DNA from: Eledone cirrhosa
Taxonomy: Eukaryota
Length of the DNA: 64,000 bases
Reading direction: 5' to 3'
Assembly (NCBI GenBank): GCA_964016885.1
Contig: OZ024742.1
Span: forward strand, 337,776,001 to 337,840,000
The notes beneath the pieces are model-generated. The model made no database searches and had not been told where the DNA came from. It saw only the letters and a list, made by a program, of their open reading frames with translations. The translations under genes were made by a program, and so were the position numbers. This document shows, in pieces, positions 46,100-61,457 of this stretch. Position 1 is the stretch's first letter; the number at the start of each line of letters is the position of its first letter.

Positions 46100-47731
46100 T
46101 ATAGTTGCTGAGATGCTGAAGACATCAGGGGACGTAGGCACTAAACTGGTTGCACGCATCATCAATCAGGCTATATATGGTGGTGTCATACCCAAAGACT
46201 GGTGCAGCAGTATTCTCATAAATTGCTACAAAGGTAAAGGGGATGCTTTGGAGAGGAGCAATTATAGGGGTATAAAACTGATAGATCAGGTTATGAAAGT
46301 GGCAGAAAGGATTTTAGCACAACTAATTAGAGAAAGGGTCAAACTAGATGAGATGCAGTTTGGTTTTGTGCCTGGGAAGAGTACAACAGATGCCCTCTTC
46401 TTGGTGAGACAAATGCAAGAGAGGTTCTTAGAGAAGAATAAGCCACTATACTTAGCCTTTGTTGACCTAGAGAAGGCCTTTGATAGGGTACCCCGATCTG
46501 TCATCTGGTGGTCCCTAAGGAAGCTAGGTGTTGAGGAATGGCTTGTGAGGACAGTGCAAACTTTGTACAGAGGTACTCTCAGTAAAGTCAGGGTAGGAAT
46601 GGAGTTTAGTGAGGAATTCCAGATACAAGTAGGAGTACATCAGGGTTCGGTCCTCAGCCCGCTCTTGTTCATTATAGTCCTCCAAGCCATAACAGGGGAG
46701 TTTAAGACTGGCTGTCCATGGGAACTTCTCTATGCTGACGATCTGGCTCTTATAGCAGAATCAGTAGAGGAGCTAGAGAATAAATTCCGGCTATGGAAAC
46801 AGCAGTTGGAAGCAAGAGGACTGAGAGTAAATCTAGCTAAGACAAAAGTGTTGATGAGTAGAAAAGAGGACAAAACCCTGATTCCGTCAGGGAAATGGCC
46901 ATGTTCGATATGCAGAAAGGAACTGGCATAAATTCTATAAAATGCACACAATGCAGGTCCTGGGTACACAAGAGATGTAGCGAGATAGCAGGCAAACTAA
47001 CAGGTAGGGAGAAATATGTATGCAATAGATGTACAGGGAAATTAGACAGTAGAAGTCGCACTGATAGACACATTTTTCAAATGCGAGAGGACGCTATAGA
47101 AGTGGTGGATAGCTTCCGGTACCTAGGAGATCAGATTAGCATGGGAGGAGGGTGTTCCGAGGCCATAGTATCTAGAATAAGGACGGGTTGGAAGAAGTTT
47201 AGGGAGCTGCTTCCTCTGTTGACGAAGAAGGGTTTCTCCCTGCGTACGAAAGGCCGGTTGTATGATGCCTGTGTGAGGAGCGCGATGCTGCATGGTAGTG
47301 AGACATGGGCAGCAACCGCAGAGGATATGCGACGGCTGGAGAGAAATGAGGCAAGCATGCTCCGTTGGATGTGCAGTGTAAATGTGCGTGAACGACCCAG
47401 CATAAATGTGTTGAGAGAGAAACTGTGTCTGAGAGGGATAGAATGTAGTGTACGGGAGAGGAGACTGAGGTGGTATGGACATGTGATGCGCATGGAGGAT
47501 GACCGATGAGTGAAGAAGTGCCAGGAAATGCCAGTTGAAGGAAGACGTGGTAGAGGTAGACCACGAAAAACATGGGCGGAGGTGGTGAGAACAGACCTCA
47601 GATCATTGAAGCTCACGGTGGAGATGACGAGGGACCGTGACGAGTGGAGAGATGCTGTGCTGAATAAGACCCGTCCCACCCTTGCAAGCAGGGAAAAGCG
47701 GACGTAAAATGATGATGATGATGATGATGAT
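46100..47731 (+). mobile_element. RTE family C, 5'-truncated, frameshift and stop; essentially no 3' UTR
   Basis: ORFs 46083-46931, 46895-47509 and 47510-47707 give RT, PHD-like finger and C-terminus. The stop is followed almost directly by (GAT)n. Confidence 0.93.
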
Positions 47732-47799
47732 ATATATATGTATATATATAAATATAAATATATAAATATATATATAAATATATATATAAATATATATAA

Positions 47800-47846
<47 letters not shown>

Positions 47847-47899
47847 AATATATATATATAAATATATATAAATAAATATATATATATAAATATATATAA

Positions 47900-47944
<45 letters not shown>

Positions 47945-47955
47945 AATATATATAA

Positions 47956-48002
<47 letters not shown>

Positions 48003-48052
48003 AATATAAATATATATATATAAATATATATATATAAATAAATATATATATA

Positions 48053-48102
<50 letters not shown>

Positions 48103-48179
48103 AATAAATATATATATATAAATATATATATATATAAATATATATATATAAATATATATATATAAATATATATATATAA

Positions 48180-48212
<33 letters not shown>

Positions 48213-48535
48213 AATATATATAAATATATATATAAATATATATAAATATATATATAAATATATATATATATATAAAAATATATATATATATATATAAAAA
48301 TATATATATATATATATAAAAATATATATATATATATAAAAATATATATATATAAATATAAAAATATATAAATATATATAAAAATATATAAATATATATA
48401 AAAATATATAAATATATATATATAAATATATAAATATATATATATAAATATATATATAAATGTATATATATATATAAATATATATATATATAAATATATA
48501 AATGTATATATATATATAAATATATATATATATAA

Positions 48536-48918
48536 ATCATCATCATCATCATCATCACCGTTTTACGTCCGTTCTTCCACGCTAGCATGGGTTAGACGGG
48601 TTGTCCTGTTGTGGGCAGTGTCTGGTCGGCTGACCATGCCTTGCTCATACAGGAACTGATCTGGCTTGATTTCTACAGCTGGATGCCCTTCCTAACACCA
48701 ACCTCATTTACAGTGAGTGCTGGGTGCTTTTTCGTGGCGCCTACACGTCCACTTAACAGTGTGGGCTGGGTGCTTTTTTGCCGTGGCACCTCCACGACCA
48801 CCTTGCGGTGGGGGGGGGGGGGGGCATGTTCTTTATATGCTTCAGCATGTACCCATGGGAGGTCGGGTACCCTGTATTACTGCGTGACGCCAGAAGTCAC
48901 GGTCGTGTGTCATTGACT
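48536..48918 (-). mobile_element. RTE family A 3' end fragment
   Basis: KSMTHDRDF...MGTC, UTR and tail. Confidence 0.93.
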
Positions 48919-49217
48919 TATATACATATATATAAATATATATAAATATATATATATATAAATATAAATATATATATATACATAAATATATATATATATA
49001 TATATAAATATATATATATACATAAATATATATATATATATAAATATATATATATACATAAATATATATATATACATAAATATATATATATACATAAATA
49101 TATATATATACATAAATATATATATATACATAAATATATATATATACATAAATATATATATATATAAATATATATATATATAAATATATATATATATAAA
49201 TATATATATATATAAAT

Positions 49218-49248
<31 letters not shown>

Positions 49249-49325
49249 AATATATATATATATAAATATATATATATATAAATATATATAAATATATATA
49301 TATATAAATATATATATATATAAAT

Positions 49326-49356
<31 letters not shown>

Positions 49357-49391
49357 AATATATATATATATAAATATATATATATATAAAT

Positions 49392-49422
<31 letters not shown>

Positions 49423-49473
49423 AATATATATATATATAAATATATATATATATAAATATATATATATATAAAT

Positions 49474-49504
<31 letters not shown>

Positions 49505-49557
49505 AATATATATATATATAAATATATATATATATAAATATATATATATATAAATAT

Positions 49558-52500
49558 TATTAGCGTTAAATTTTCCCTGCTGTATTAGCGATAAATTTTC
49601 GAGGGTTTCTCTTAGTAGCTTCTTCATGTCGTTAATATTATGATGTTCCCTGCTGTATTAGCGTTAAATTTTCCCTGCTGTATTAGCGATAAATTTTCGA
49701 GGGTTTCTCTTAGTAGCTTCTTCATGTCGTTAATATTATGATGTTCCCTGCTGTATTAGCGTTAAATTTTCCCTGCTGTATTAGCGATAAATTTTCGAGG
49801 GTTTCTCTTAGTAGCTTTTTCATGTCGTTAATATTATGATGCTCCCTGCTGTATTAGCGTTAAATTTTCCCTGCTGTATTAGCGATAAATTTTCGAGGGT
49901 TTCTCTTAGTAGCTTTTTTCATGACGTTATTATTGTTAATTTTACTGATGTAGTATTAACTTATTAACTTGGATATTTACCATGCGGTATTCTAATCCTA
50001 TTGTATCTCTCTCAGTTATTTACCATGCGACCCTCAGTTCCTACCCCCCCCCCCCCCCTCTATGCACTTCTTTAAGGCTTACTACCCTGTCTTTAACCTA
50101 ATTCATTCAATCTGAAAATATTGAAGAGATAAGACACTTTGCCATTCTTCTCTGCTAAAATGTACCACTGAGCTGATTCAAATTTTCCCAGCCAGCCATC
50201 CACCTAATCTACGAAGGTATTTTAGCCTACATATTGTCGTTAATATTATGATGTTCCCTGCTGTATTAGCGTTAAATTTTCCCTGCTGTATTAGCGATAA
50301 ATTTTCGAGGGTTTCTCTTAGTAGCTTCTTCATGTCGTTAATATTATGATGTTCCCTGCTGTATTAGCGTTAAATTTTCCCTGCTGTATTAGCGATAAAT
50401 TTTCGAGGGTTTCTCTTAGTAGCTTCTTCATGTCGTTAATATTATGATGTTCCCTGCTGTATTAGCGTTAAATTTTCCCTGCTGTATTAGCGATAAATTT
50501 TCGAGGGTTTCTCTTAGTAGCTTCTTCATGTCGTTAATATTATGATGTTCCCTGCTGTATTAGCGTTAAATTTTCCCTGCTGTATTAGCGATAAATTTTC
50601 GAGGGTTTCTCTTAGTAGCTTTTTCATGTCGTTAATATTATGATGTTCCCTGCTGTATTAGCGTTAAATTTTCCCTGCTGTATTAGCGATAAATTTTCGA
50701 GGGTTTCTCTTAGTAGCTTTTTTCATGACGTTATTATTGTTAATTTTACTGATGTAGTATTAACTTATTAACTTGGATATTTACCATGCGGTATTCTAAT
50801 CCTATTGTATCTCTCTCAGTTATTTACCATGCGACCCTCAGTTCCTACCCCCCCCCCTCTATGCACTTCTTTAAGGCTTACTACCCTGTCTTTAACCTAA
50901 TTCATTCAATCTGAAAATATTGAAGAGATAAGACACTTTGCCATTCTTCTCTGCTAAAATGTACCACTGAGCTGATTCAAATTTTCCCAGCCAGCCATCC
51001 ACCTAATCTACGAAGGTATTTTAGCCTACATATTGTCGTTAATATTATGATGTTCCCTGCTGTATTAGCGTTAAATTTTCCCTGCTGTATTAGCGATAAA
51101 TTTTCGAGGGTTTCTCTTAGTAGCTTCTTCATGTCGTTAATATTATGATGTTCCCTGCTGTATTAGCGTTAAATTTTCCCTGCTGTATTAGCGATAAATT
51201 TTCGAGGGTTTCTCTTAGTAGCTTCTTCATGTCGTTAATATTATGATGTTCCCTGCTGTATTAGCGTTAAATTTTCCCTGCTGTATTAGCGATAAATTTT
51301 CGAGGGTTTCTCTTAGTAGCTTTTTCATGTCGTTAATATTATGATGTTCCCTGCTGTATTAGCGTTAAATTTTCCCTGCTGTATTAGCGATAAATTTTCG
51401 AGGGTTTCTCTTAGTAGCTTTTTTCATGACGTTATTATTGTTAATTTTACTGATGTAGTATTAACTTATTAACTTGGATATTTACCATGCGGTATTCTAA
51501 TCCTATTGTATCTCTCTCAGTTATTTACCATGCGACCCTCAGTTCCTACCCCCCCCCCTCTATGCACTTCTTTAAGGCTTACTACCCTGTCTTTAACCTA
51601 ATTCATTCAATCTGAAAATATTGAAGAGATAAGACACTTTGCCATTCTTCTCTGCTAAAATGTACCACTGAGCTGATTCAAATTTTCCCAGCCAGCCATC
51701 CACCTAATCTACGAAGGTATTTTAGCCTACATATTGTCGTTAATATTATGATGTTCCCTGCTGTATTAGCGTTAAATTTTCCCTGCTGTATTAGCGATAA
51801 ATTTTCGAGGGTTTCTCTTAGTAGCTTCTTCATGTCGTTAATATTATGATGTTCCCTGCTGTATTAGCGTTAAATTTTCCCTGCTGTATTAGCGATAAAT
51901 TTTCGAGGGTTTCTCTTAGTAGCTTCTTCATGTCGTTAATATTATGATGTTCCCTGCTGTATTAGCGTTAAATTTTCCCTGCTGTATTAGCGATAAATTT
52001 TCGAGGGTTTCTCTTAGTAGCTTTTTCATGTCGTTAATATTATGATGTTCCCTGCTGTATTAGCGTTAAATTTTCCCTGCTGTATTAGCGATAAATTTTC
52101 GAGGGTTTCTCTTAGTAGCTTTTTTCATGACGTTATTATTGTTAATTTTACTGATGTAGTATTAACTTATTAACTTGGATATTTACCATGCGGTATTCTA
52201 ATCCTATTGTATCTCTCTCAGTTATTTACCATGCGACCCTCAGTTCCTACCCCCCCCCCCCTCTATGCACTTCTTTAAGGCTTACTACCCTGTCTTTAAC
52301 CTAATTCATTCAATCTGAAAATATTGAAGAGATAAGACACTTTGCCATTCTTCTCTGCTAAAATGTACCACTGAGCTGATTCAAATTTTCCCAGCCAGCC
52401 ATCCACCTAATCTACGAAGGTATTTTAGCCTACATATTGTCGTTAATATTATGATGTTCCCTGCTGTATTAGCGTTAAATTTTCCCTGCTGTATTAGCGA

Positions 52501-54799
52501 TAAATTTTCGAGGGTTTCTCTTAGTAGCTTCTTCATGTCGTTAATATTATGATGTTCCCTGCTGTATTAGCGTTAAATTTTCCCTGCTGTATTAGCGATA
52601 AATTTTCGAGGGTTTCTCTTAGTAGCTTCTTCATGTCGTTAATATTATGATGTTCCCTGCTGTATTAGCGTTAAATTTTCCCTGCTGTATTAGCGATAAA
52701 TTTTCGAGGGTTTCTCTTAGTAGCTTCTTCATGTCGTTAATATTATGATGTTCCCTGCTGTATTAGCGTTAAATTTTCCCTGCTGTATTAGCGATAAATT
52801 TTCGAGGGTTTCTCTTAGTAGCTTCTTCATGTCGTTAATATTATGATGTTCCCTGCTGTATTAGCGTTAAATTTTCCCTGCTGTATTAGCGATAAATTTT
52901 CGAGGGTTTCTCTTAGTAGCTTTTTCATGTCGTTAATATTATGATGTTCCCTGCTGTATTAGCGTTAAATTTTCCCTGCTGTATTAGCGATAAATTTTCG
53001 AGGGTTTCTCTTAGTAGCTTTTTTCATGACGTTATTATTGTTAATTTTACTGATGTAGTATTAACTTATTAACTTGGATATTTACCATGCGGTATTCTAA
53101 TCCTATTGTATCTCTCTCAGTTATTTACCATGCGACCCTCAGTTCCTACCCCCCCCCCTCTATGCACTTCTTTAAGGCTTACTACCCTGTCTTTAACCTA
53201 ATTCATTCAATCTGAAAATATTGAAGAGATAAGACACTTTGCCATTCTTCTCTGCGAAAATGTACCACTGAGCTGATTCAAATTTTCCCAGCCAGCCATC
53301 CACCTAATCTACGAAGGTATTTTAGCCTACATATTGTCGTTAATATTATGATGTTCCCTGCTGTATTAGCGTTAAATTTTCCCTGCTGTATTAGCGATAA
53401 ATTTTCGAGGGTTTCTCTTAGTAGCTTCTTCATGTCGTTAATATTATGATGTTCCCTGCTGTATTAGCGTTAAATTTTCCCTGCTGTATTAGCGATAAAT
53501 TTTCGAGGGTTTCTCTTAGTAGCTTCTTCATGTCGTTAATATTATGATGTTCCCTGCTGTATTAGCGTTAAATTTTCCCTGCTGTATTAGCGATAAATTT
53601 TCGAGGGTTTCTCTTAGTAGCTTCTTCATGTCGTTAATATTATGATGTTCCCTGCTGTATTAGCGTTAAATTTTCCCTGCTGTATTAGCGATAAATTTTC
53701 GAGGGTTTCTCTTAGTAGCTTTTTCATGTCGTTAATATTATGATGTTCCCTGCTGTATTAGCGTTAAATTTTCCCTGCTGTATTAGCGATAAATTTTCGA
53801 GGGTTTCTCTTAGTAGCTTTTTTCATGACGTTATTATTGTTAATTTTACTGATGTAGTATTAACTTATTAACTTGGATATTTACCATGCGGTATTCTAAT
53901 CCTATTGTATCTCTCTCAGTTATTTACCATGCGACCCTCAGTTCCTACCCCCCCCCCCCCCTCTATGCACTTCTTTAAGGCTTACTACCCTGTCTTTAAC
54001 CTAATTCATTCAATCTGAAAATATTGAAGAGATAAGACACTTTGCCATTCTTCTCTGCTAAAATGTACCACTGAGCTGATTCAAATTTTCCCAGCCAGCC
54101 ATCCACCTAATCTACGAAGGTATTTTAGCCTACATATTGTCGTTAATATTATGATGTTCCCTGCTGTATTAGCGTTAAATTTTCCCTGCTGTATTAGCGA
54201 TAAATTTTCGAGGGTTTCTCTTAGTAGCTTCTTCATGTCGTTAATATTATGATGTTCCCTGCTGTATTAGCGTTAAATTTTCCCTGCTGTATTAGCGATA
54301 AATTTTCGAGGGTTTCTCTTAGTAGCTTCTTCATGTCGTTAATATTATGATGTTCCCTGCTGTATTAGCGTTAAATTTTCCCTGCTGTATTAGCGATAAA
54401 TTTTCGAGGGTTTCTCTTAGTAGCTTCTTCATGTCGTTAATATTATGATGTTCCCTGCTGTATTAGCGTTAAATTTTCCCTGCTGTATTAGCGATAAATT
54501 TTCGAGGGTTTCTCTTAGTAGCTTCTTCATGTCGTTAATATTATGATGTTCCCTGCTGTATTAGCGTTAAATTTTCCCTGCTGTATTAGCGATAAATTTT
54601 CGAGGGTTTCTCTTAGTAGCTTTTTCATGTCGTTAATATTATGATGTTCCCTGCTGTATTAGCGTTAAATTTTCCCTGCTGTATTAGCGATAAATTTTCG
54701 AGGGTTTCTCTTAGTAGCTTTTTTCATGACGTTATTATTGTTAATTTTACTGATGTAGTATTAACTTGGATATTTACCATGCGACCCTCAGTTCCTACC
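49558..54799 (+). repeat. Higher-order tandem array 2: n = partial+3,5,4,4,6,5,6
   Basis: Unit starts at 50117, 50916, 51617, 52320, 53217 and 54020. The array begins mid-monomer at the (TA)n junction. Confidence 0.95.
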
Positions 54800-55042
54800 T
54801 CACAATTTCCCTCCCCCCCACCCCCACACACCACCATAGTCTATTCGACCAATCAAACCTAGCATGCCATTTCCACTGCTGCTGCTGCTACTACCTGCCT
54901 AACTAACTCTCTCCTCCTCTGGCGCATCCCAACACACCCTGCCATTACCCCACCACCACTGTCCTTCTAGCCCTCAATTTTCCCACCGTTAGGGATGGAT
55001 GAGCTGGGAATACACGAGCAACTCTGAATCAATAGATGAAAT

Positions 55043-58000
55043 ATGAATCTGCGAGCTACCAAGCACCCACGTGAAGCGCCAACCCAGAGACCCTCCCCTA
55101 CGAGTGTCGACAAATGCCCAAAACTCCGAGTTGGTACCATCAATGTAGGCTCAATGAAAGGAAGAGCAGGAGAAATCGTAGAAATGCTAGAGCGAAAGGA
55201 AGTTGATGTATGCTGTGTGCAAGAGACTAGATGGAGAGGAGGGTCTGCTAGAGTCCTTGTAGGAAAAAGCCAGTGCTACAAATTTTTCTGGGTGGGAAAT
55301 GACGATGGGATGGGTGGTGTAGGTATACTATTAGCTGACAAGTGGGTAGATAAAGTAATCTCAGTGTACAGGGTAAATGCAAGAATCATTAAACTCAGAC
55401 TAGTCCTGAATAAGACAATTACCACAATAATATCAGCTTACGCACCCCAATCGGGGCTGCCAGACGAACTTAAGGATAGGTTTTACGAGTCCCTAATACA
55501 CACTACTGCTCTAACAGACGACAAGGACTTCCTAATCATTGCAGGAGATTTTAACGGACACGTAGGTAAACACTGCGACGGCTTCAATAGAGTACATGGA
55601 GGCCATGGAGTTGGCACAAGGAATGAGGAAGGATTCAGACTTCTAGAATTCTGCGACGCCAATGACATGTCGATATGTAACACAAACTTTAAAAAACCCG
55701 ACAACCACCTGATCACCTATAGATCAGGGGAGCACTCTAGTCAGTTAGATTTTATCCTCATCAGAGGACGTGACAGATGGACGGTCGTAAACACAAAAGC
55801 CTTCCCTAGTGAGGAATGTACATCCCAACATAGCTTAGTTGTCAGCGACCTCACGGTCAGAACTAGACGAGCCCTGAAACAGAGGCCAACCTGGAGAAGA
55901 AAGATCTGGAAGCTGAAAGTCCCCTCAACCAGTAACAGATTTAAAGATATTTTACTCAACGCCTACGACAGTAAAGAAGAACAGATAGAGACATTTAACG
56001 TAGAAGAGAACTGGGAGTTCCTAAAAAATAACTTACTAGAGGCGACGGATGAGGTTTGTGGCTGGAGTAAGACCTCAAGCAGGAGGAGAGTGACTTGGTG
56101 GTGGAACAATAAGGTAGATGAAGCAGTCAAGGCCAAGAGACAGGCATGGAAAGAATGGAAGAACGGGGGGAGCAGGGTACATTACATAGAGACCAAGAGG
56201 GAAGCTAGGCGACAAGTATACTTAGCTAGGAGGGAAGCAGAGGATAGAAAATTCAAGCATGTTTTACAACGTGAGGACCAGAAACAGGAGGTATTCAAGA
56301 TTGCGAGGCAGTGTGTCAGAGATAGTTGTGATGTCATTGGAGAGAAGTGTATCCGGAATGATAAAGGTGAGCTTGCCCTCACAAGTGCTGAGAAGAAAGA
56401 TGCATGGAAGAGTCATTATGATAGATTACTAAATGAGGAGAATGCATGGGAAGAAGAGACCCTACCCCACGTAGACCCTATAGAGGGACCAGCAGTACAA
56501 GTCAGCGGCAGCGTAGTAAGTAAGGCAATCAGAGATATGAAGATAGGGAAGGCAACCGGTCCATCGGGTATAGCTGCCGAGATGCTGAAGGCATCTGGGT
56601 CTGTAGGTCACACTATAACCACACGTATCGTTAACCAGGTAATACTAGAGGGGGCCATACCAAAAGATTGGTGCAGTAGCATCATTGTCAACTGCTACAA
56701 AGGTAAAGGCGATGCACTAGATAGAGGAAACTATAGAGGTATAAAGTTGATGGACCAGGTCATGAAAGTAACAGAAAGAGTTATAGCACAGCTGATTAGG
56801 GACCGGGTGAATATAGATGAGATGCAATTTGGGTTTGTTCCAGGGAAAGGCACCACTGATGCGCTCTTCCTTGTGAGGCAATTACAGGAAAAGTACCTAG
56901 CTAAAAGTAAGCCACTCTACTTGGCATTTGTCGACCTTGAGAAAGCCTTTGACAGAGTTCCACGTGCAGTAATCTGGTGGGCTCTTAGAAAACTAGGAGT
57001 AGATGAATGGCTTGTGAAAGCGGTACAAGCCATGTATAGGGGAGCAGTCAGCAAAGTTAGGATTGGCAATGAGTATAGCGAGGAATTTAGCGTACAGGTT
57101 GGGGTCCACCAGGGCTCTGTTCTTAGCCCTCTCCTGTTCATCATAGTCCTGCAGGCAATAACGGAGGAGTTTAAGACCGGATGCCCATGGGAACTCCTGT
57201 ATGCTGATGACCTCGCACTCATAGCTGAATCTATGGTAGAACTAGAGAATAAATTCCAAACCTGGAAGCAGGGACTAGAGAGAAAGGGCCTCAAAGTCAA
57301 CATGACAAAGACTAAGGTCCTTATAAGTAGACGAGAAAACAGAACCCAGATCCCCTCAGGGAAATGGCCTTGCTCAGTATGTAGGAAAGGTGTAGGTAGG
57401 AACTCCATTCTTTGCCCCAAATGCAAACAATGGGTACACAAGAGATGTAGCGGGATCTCAGGAAGCTTAATTAAGAATGTAGGATTCACATGCAGCAGCT
57501 GTGCTGAAACAGCAAGCAAACAGCCACAGGAAACAAGTACCACCAATCTCTGGGAGGGCCCTGTAGAAACAGTAGACAGCTTCTGCTACCTAGGTGACCG
57601 AATTAGCAACGGAGGTGGGTGCTCAGAAAGTACAATAACTAGGGTAAGAACGGGATGGAAGAAGTTTAGGGAACTACTACCACTGCTAGCTGCAAAAGGC
57701 TTCTCCCTCAGAATGAAAGGCAGACTGTATGATGCGTGTATCCGAACAGCGATGTTGCATGGTAGTGAGACCTGGGCGCTGAAGGTGGAAGACTTACGTA
57801 GATTAGAGAGAAACGAAGCCTGCATGCTCCGATGGATGTGTAACAGTAATATACGTGAACGACAAAGCATAAATGAATTGAGAGAGAGACTGAGCATAAG
57901 AGGAATCAAATGCTGCGTGCAGGAGAGGCGGTTACGCTGGTATGGACATGTGATGCGTATGAAGGATGACAGCTGCATAAAAAGGTGCAGAGCACTAGAA

Positions 58001-58162
58001 GTTGATGGAAACCGCGGAGTGGGGAGACCCAAGATGACTTGGGATGAGGTGATAAAAGCCGACCTTACCCAACTACACCTCTCAAAGTCAATGACACACG
58101 ACCGTGACTTCTGGCGTCACGCAGTAATACAGGGTACCCGACCTCCCATGGGTACATGCTGA
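55043..58162 (+). CDS. RTE-clade protein, 1039 aa, intact
   Basis: One visible amino-acid difference (GFDRV to GFNRV) from 22987-26106. Confidence 0.97.
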   Translation: MNLRATKHPREAPTQRPSPTSVDKCPKLRVGTINVGSMKGRAGEIVEMLERKEVDVCCVQETRWRGGSARVLVGKSQCYKFFWVGNDDGMGGVGILLADKWVDKVISVYRVNARIIKLRLVLNKTITTIISAYAPQSGLPDELKDRFYESLIHTTALTDDKDFLIIAGDFNGHVGKHCDGFNRVHGGHGVGTRNEEGFRLLEFCDANDMSICNTNFKKPDNHLITYRSGEHSSQLDFILIRGRDRWTVVNTKAFPSEECTSQHSLVVSDLTVRTRRALKQRPTWRRKIWKLKVPSTSNRFKDILLNAYDSKEEQIETFNVEENWEFLKNNLLEATDEVCGWSKTSSRRRVTWWWNNKVDEAVKAKRQAWKEWKNGGSRVHYIETKREARRQVYLARREAEDRKFKHVLQREDQKQEVFKIARQCVRDSCDVIGEKCIRNDKGELALTSAEKKDAWKSHYDRLLNEENAWEEETLPHVDPIEGPAVQVSGSVVSKAIRDMKIGKATGPSGIAAEMLKASGSVGHTITTRIVNQVILEGAIPKDWCSSIIVNCYKGKGDALDRGNYRGIKLMDQVMKVTERVIAQLIRDRVNIDEMQFGFVPGKGTTDALFLVRQLQEKYLAKSKPLYLAFVDLEKAFDRVPRAVIWWALRKLGVDEWLVKAVQAMYRGAVSKVRIGNEYSEEFSVQVGVHQGSVLSPLLFIIVLQAITEEFKTGCPWELLYADDLALIAESMVELENKFQTWKQGLERKGLKVNMTKTKVLISRRENRTQIPSGKWPCSVCRKGVGRNSILCPKCKQWVHKRCSGISGSLIKNVGFTCSSCAETASKQPQETSTTNLWEGPVETVDSFCYLGDRISNGGGCSESTITRVRTGWKKFRELLPLLAAKGFSLRMKGRLYDACIRTAMLHGSETWALKVEDLRRLERNEACMLRWMCNSNIRERQSINELRERLSIRGIKCCVQERRLRWYGHVMRMKDDSCIKRCRALEVDGNRGVGRPKMTWDEVIKADLTQLHLSKSMTHDRDFWRHAVIQGTRPPMGTC

Positions 58163-58177
58163 AGCATATAAACAATA

Positions 58178-58967
58178 TGTGTATGTATATATATGTATAT
58201 ATATGTGTATGTATATATATGTATATATATATGTGTATGTATATATATCTATATATATGTGTATGTATATATATGTGTATGTATATATATATGTGTATGT
58301 ATATATATGTGTATGTATATATATATGTGTATGTATATATATGTGTATGTATATATATATGTGTATGTATATATATGTATATATGTGTATGTATATATAT
58401 GTATATATGTGTATGTATATATATGAATATATATGTATATATATGTGTATGTATATATATATGTGTATGTATATATATGTATATATATATATATGTATGT
58501 ATATATATATATATGTATGTATATATATATATATGTATGTATATATATGTATATATATATATATGTGTATGTATATATATGTATGTATATATATGTATAT
58601 ATACGTATGTATATATATGTATATATATATGTGTATGTATCTATATGTATATATATATGTGTATGTATATATATATATATGTGTGTATGTATATATATGT
58701 ATATATATATGTGTGTGTATGTATATATATGTATATATATATGTGTATGTTTGTATATATATGTGTATGTATATATATGTATATATATGTGTGTTTGTAT
58801 ATATATGTATATATATATGTGTATGTATATATATATGTGTATGTATATATATGTGTGTATGTATATATATGTGTGTATGTATATATATGTATATATATAT
58901 GTGTATGTATATATATGTGTATATATATGTGTATATATATGTGTATATATATGTGTATATATGTGTG

Positions 58968-59002
<35 letters not shown>

Positions 59003-59027
59003 GTGTATATATATATATATATGTGTG

Positions 59028-59060
<33 letters not shown>

Positions 59061-59107
59061 GTGTATATATATATATATATATGTGTATATATATATATAT
59101 ATATGTG

Positions 59108-59142
<35 letters not shown>

Positions 59143-59220
59143 GTGTATATATATATATATATATATGTGTATATATATATATATATATATGTGTATATAT
59201 ATGTGTATATATATGTGTAC

Positions 59221-59252
<32 letters not shown>

Positions 59253-59570
59253 GTGTATATATATATGTGTATATATATATGTGTATATATATATGTATAT
59301 ATATACATATGTTTATATATACATATGTGTATATATATATGTGTATATATACCTGTGTATATATATACCTGTGTATATATATATATGTGTATATATATAT
59401 ATGTGTATATATATATATGTGTATATATATATATGTGTATATATATATGTGTATATATATATATGTGTATATATATATATGTGTATATATATACCTGTGT
59501 ATATATATATATATATGTGTATATATATGTGTGTGTATGTGTATATATATATATGTGTATATATATATGT
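58178..59570. repeat. (TA)n/(TG) interrupted microsatellite
   Basis: Seen directly. Confidence 0.95.
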
Positions 59571-60054
59571 AAGAAAAACCTGGGATGAGCTGATAAACTC
59601 CGACCTCACACACTTACACCTCTCCAAGACAATGTCACTGGACCGAGACCTTTGGCGGTACTCAGTAACAGAGAAGACCCGCCTTGCCAGTAGGCATCTC
59701 TAACAAAATACACCCCGTCCCGCCACCACCCCCACCCCATCCACACCACCCCGTTCTATGTAAAGTTATGTTGGTGCCGCGCCATCCAGGCCGAAACAAA
59801 TGAGATCGTGTAGGTGTCACGACAAAAAAACACACAGTCCACGCTGTAATGTGGCCGTGTAGGCAACACGGTAAAAACCTCCCAGACCCACACTGTAAAT
59901 GTGGTTGGTGTTAGGAAGGGCATCCAACTGTAGAAAACCTGCCAGACAGTCCTATGCGAGCAAGACAATCACTCTTGCCTCAAGTGGGACTACCCCCGTC
60001 CAAACCCATGCAAGCGTGGAACACGGACGTTAAACGTTGATGATGATGATGATG

Positions 60055-60056
<2 letters not shown>
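59571..60056 (+). mobile_element. RTE family B 3' fragment
   Basis: [11 protein letters not shown]..., UTR and tail. Confidence 0.93.
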
Positions 60057-60087
<31 letters not shown>

Positions 60088-60088
60088 A

Positions 60089-60165
<77 letters not shown>

Positions 60166-60180
60166 AATATATATATAAAT

Positions 60181-60213
<33 letters not shown>

Positions 60214-60228
60214 AATATATATATAAAT

Positions 60229-60261
<33 letters not shown>

Positions 60262-60264
60262 AAT

Positions 60265-60297
<33 letters not shown>

Positions 60298-60300
60298 AAT

Positions 60301-60333
<33 letters not shown>

Positions 60334-60375
60334 AATATATATATAAATATATATATATATAAATATATATATATA

Positions 60376-60922
60376 AATAAAGATAGACGGTAGTCACGGA
60401 ATAGGCAGACCTAGAAAAACCTGGGACGAGCTGATAAACTCCGACATCACACACTTACACCTCTCCAAGACAATGTCACTGGACCGAGACCTTTGGCGGT
60501 ACTCAGTAACAGAGAAGACCCGCCTTACCTAAATATATAGTAAAACCTACTCCAGCCAGTAGGCATCTCTAACAAAATACACCCCGTCCCACCACCCCCA
60601 CCCCATCCACACCACCCCGTTCTATGTAAAGTTATGTTGGTGCCGCGCCATCGAGGCCGAAACAAATGAGATCGTGTAGGTGTCACGACAAAAAAACACA
60701 CAGTCCACGCTGTAATGTGGCCGTGTAGGCAACACGGTAAAAACCTCCCAGACCCACACTGTAAATGTGGTTGGTGTTAGGAAGGGCATCCAACTGTAGA
60801 AAACCTGCCAGACAGTCCTATGCGAGCAAGACAATCACTCTTGCCTCAAGTGGGACTACCCCCGTCCAAACCCATGCAAGCGTGGAACACGGACGTTAAA
60901 CGTTGATGATGATGATGATGAT
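60376..60922 (+). mobile_element. RTE family B 3' fragment
   Basis: Closely matches the 26963-27516 copy. Confidence 0.93.
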
Positions 60923-61000
60923 ATATATAAATATATATATATATATAAATATATATATAAATATATATATAAATATATATATAAATATATATATAAATAT

Positions 61001-61031
<31 letters not shown>

Positions 61032-61047
61032 AATATATATATATATA

Positions 61048-61079
<32 letters not shown>

Positions 61080-61164
61080 AATATATATATATATAAATAT
61101 ATATAAATATATATATATATAAATATATATATATATAAATATATATAAATATATATATATATAA

Positions 61165-61457
<293 letters not shown>

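Larger units (their letters stand above)
49558..58177 (+). mobile_element. RTE family A element, truncated in the array; 3' UTR replaced by microsatellite
   Basis: Near-identical to 15167-26120 and ends 15 nt after the stop codon. Confidence 0.9.
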
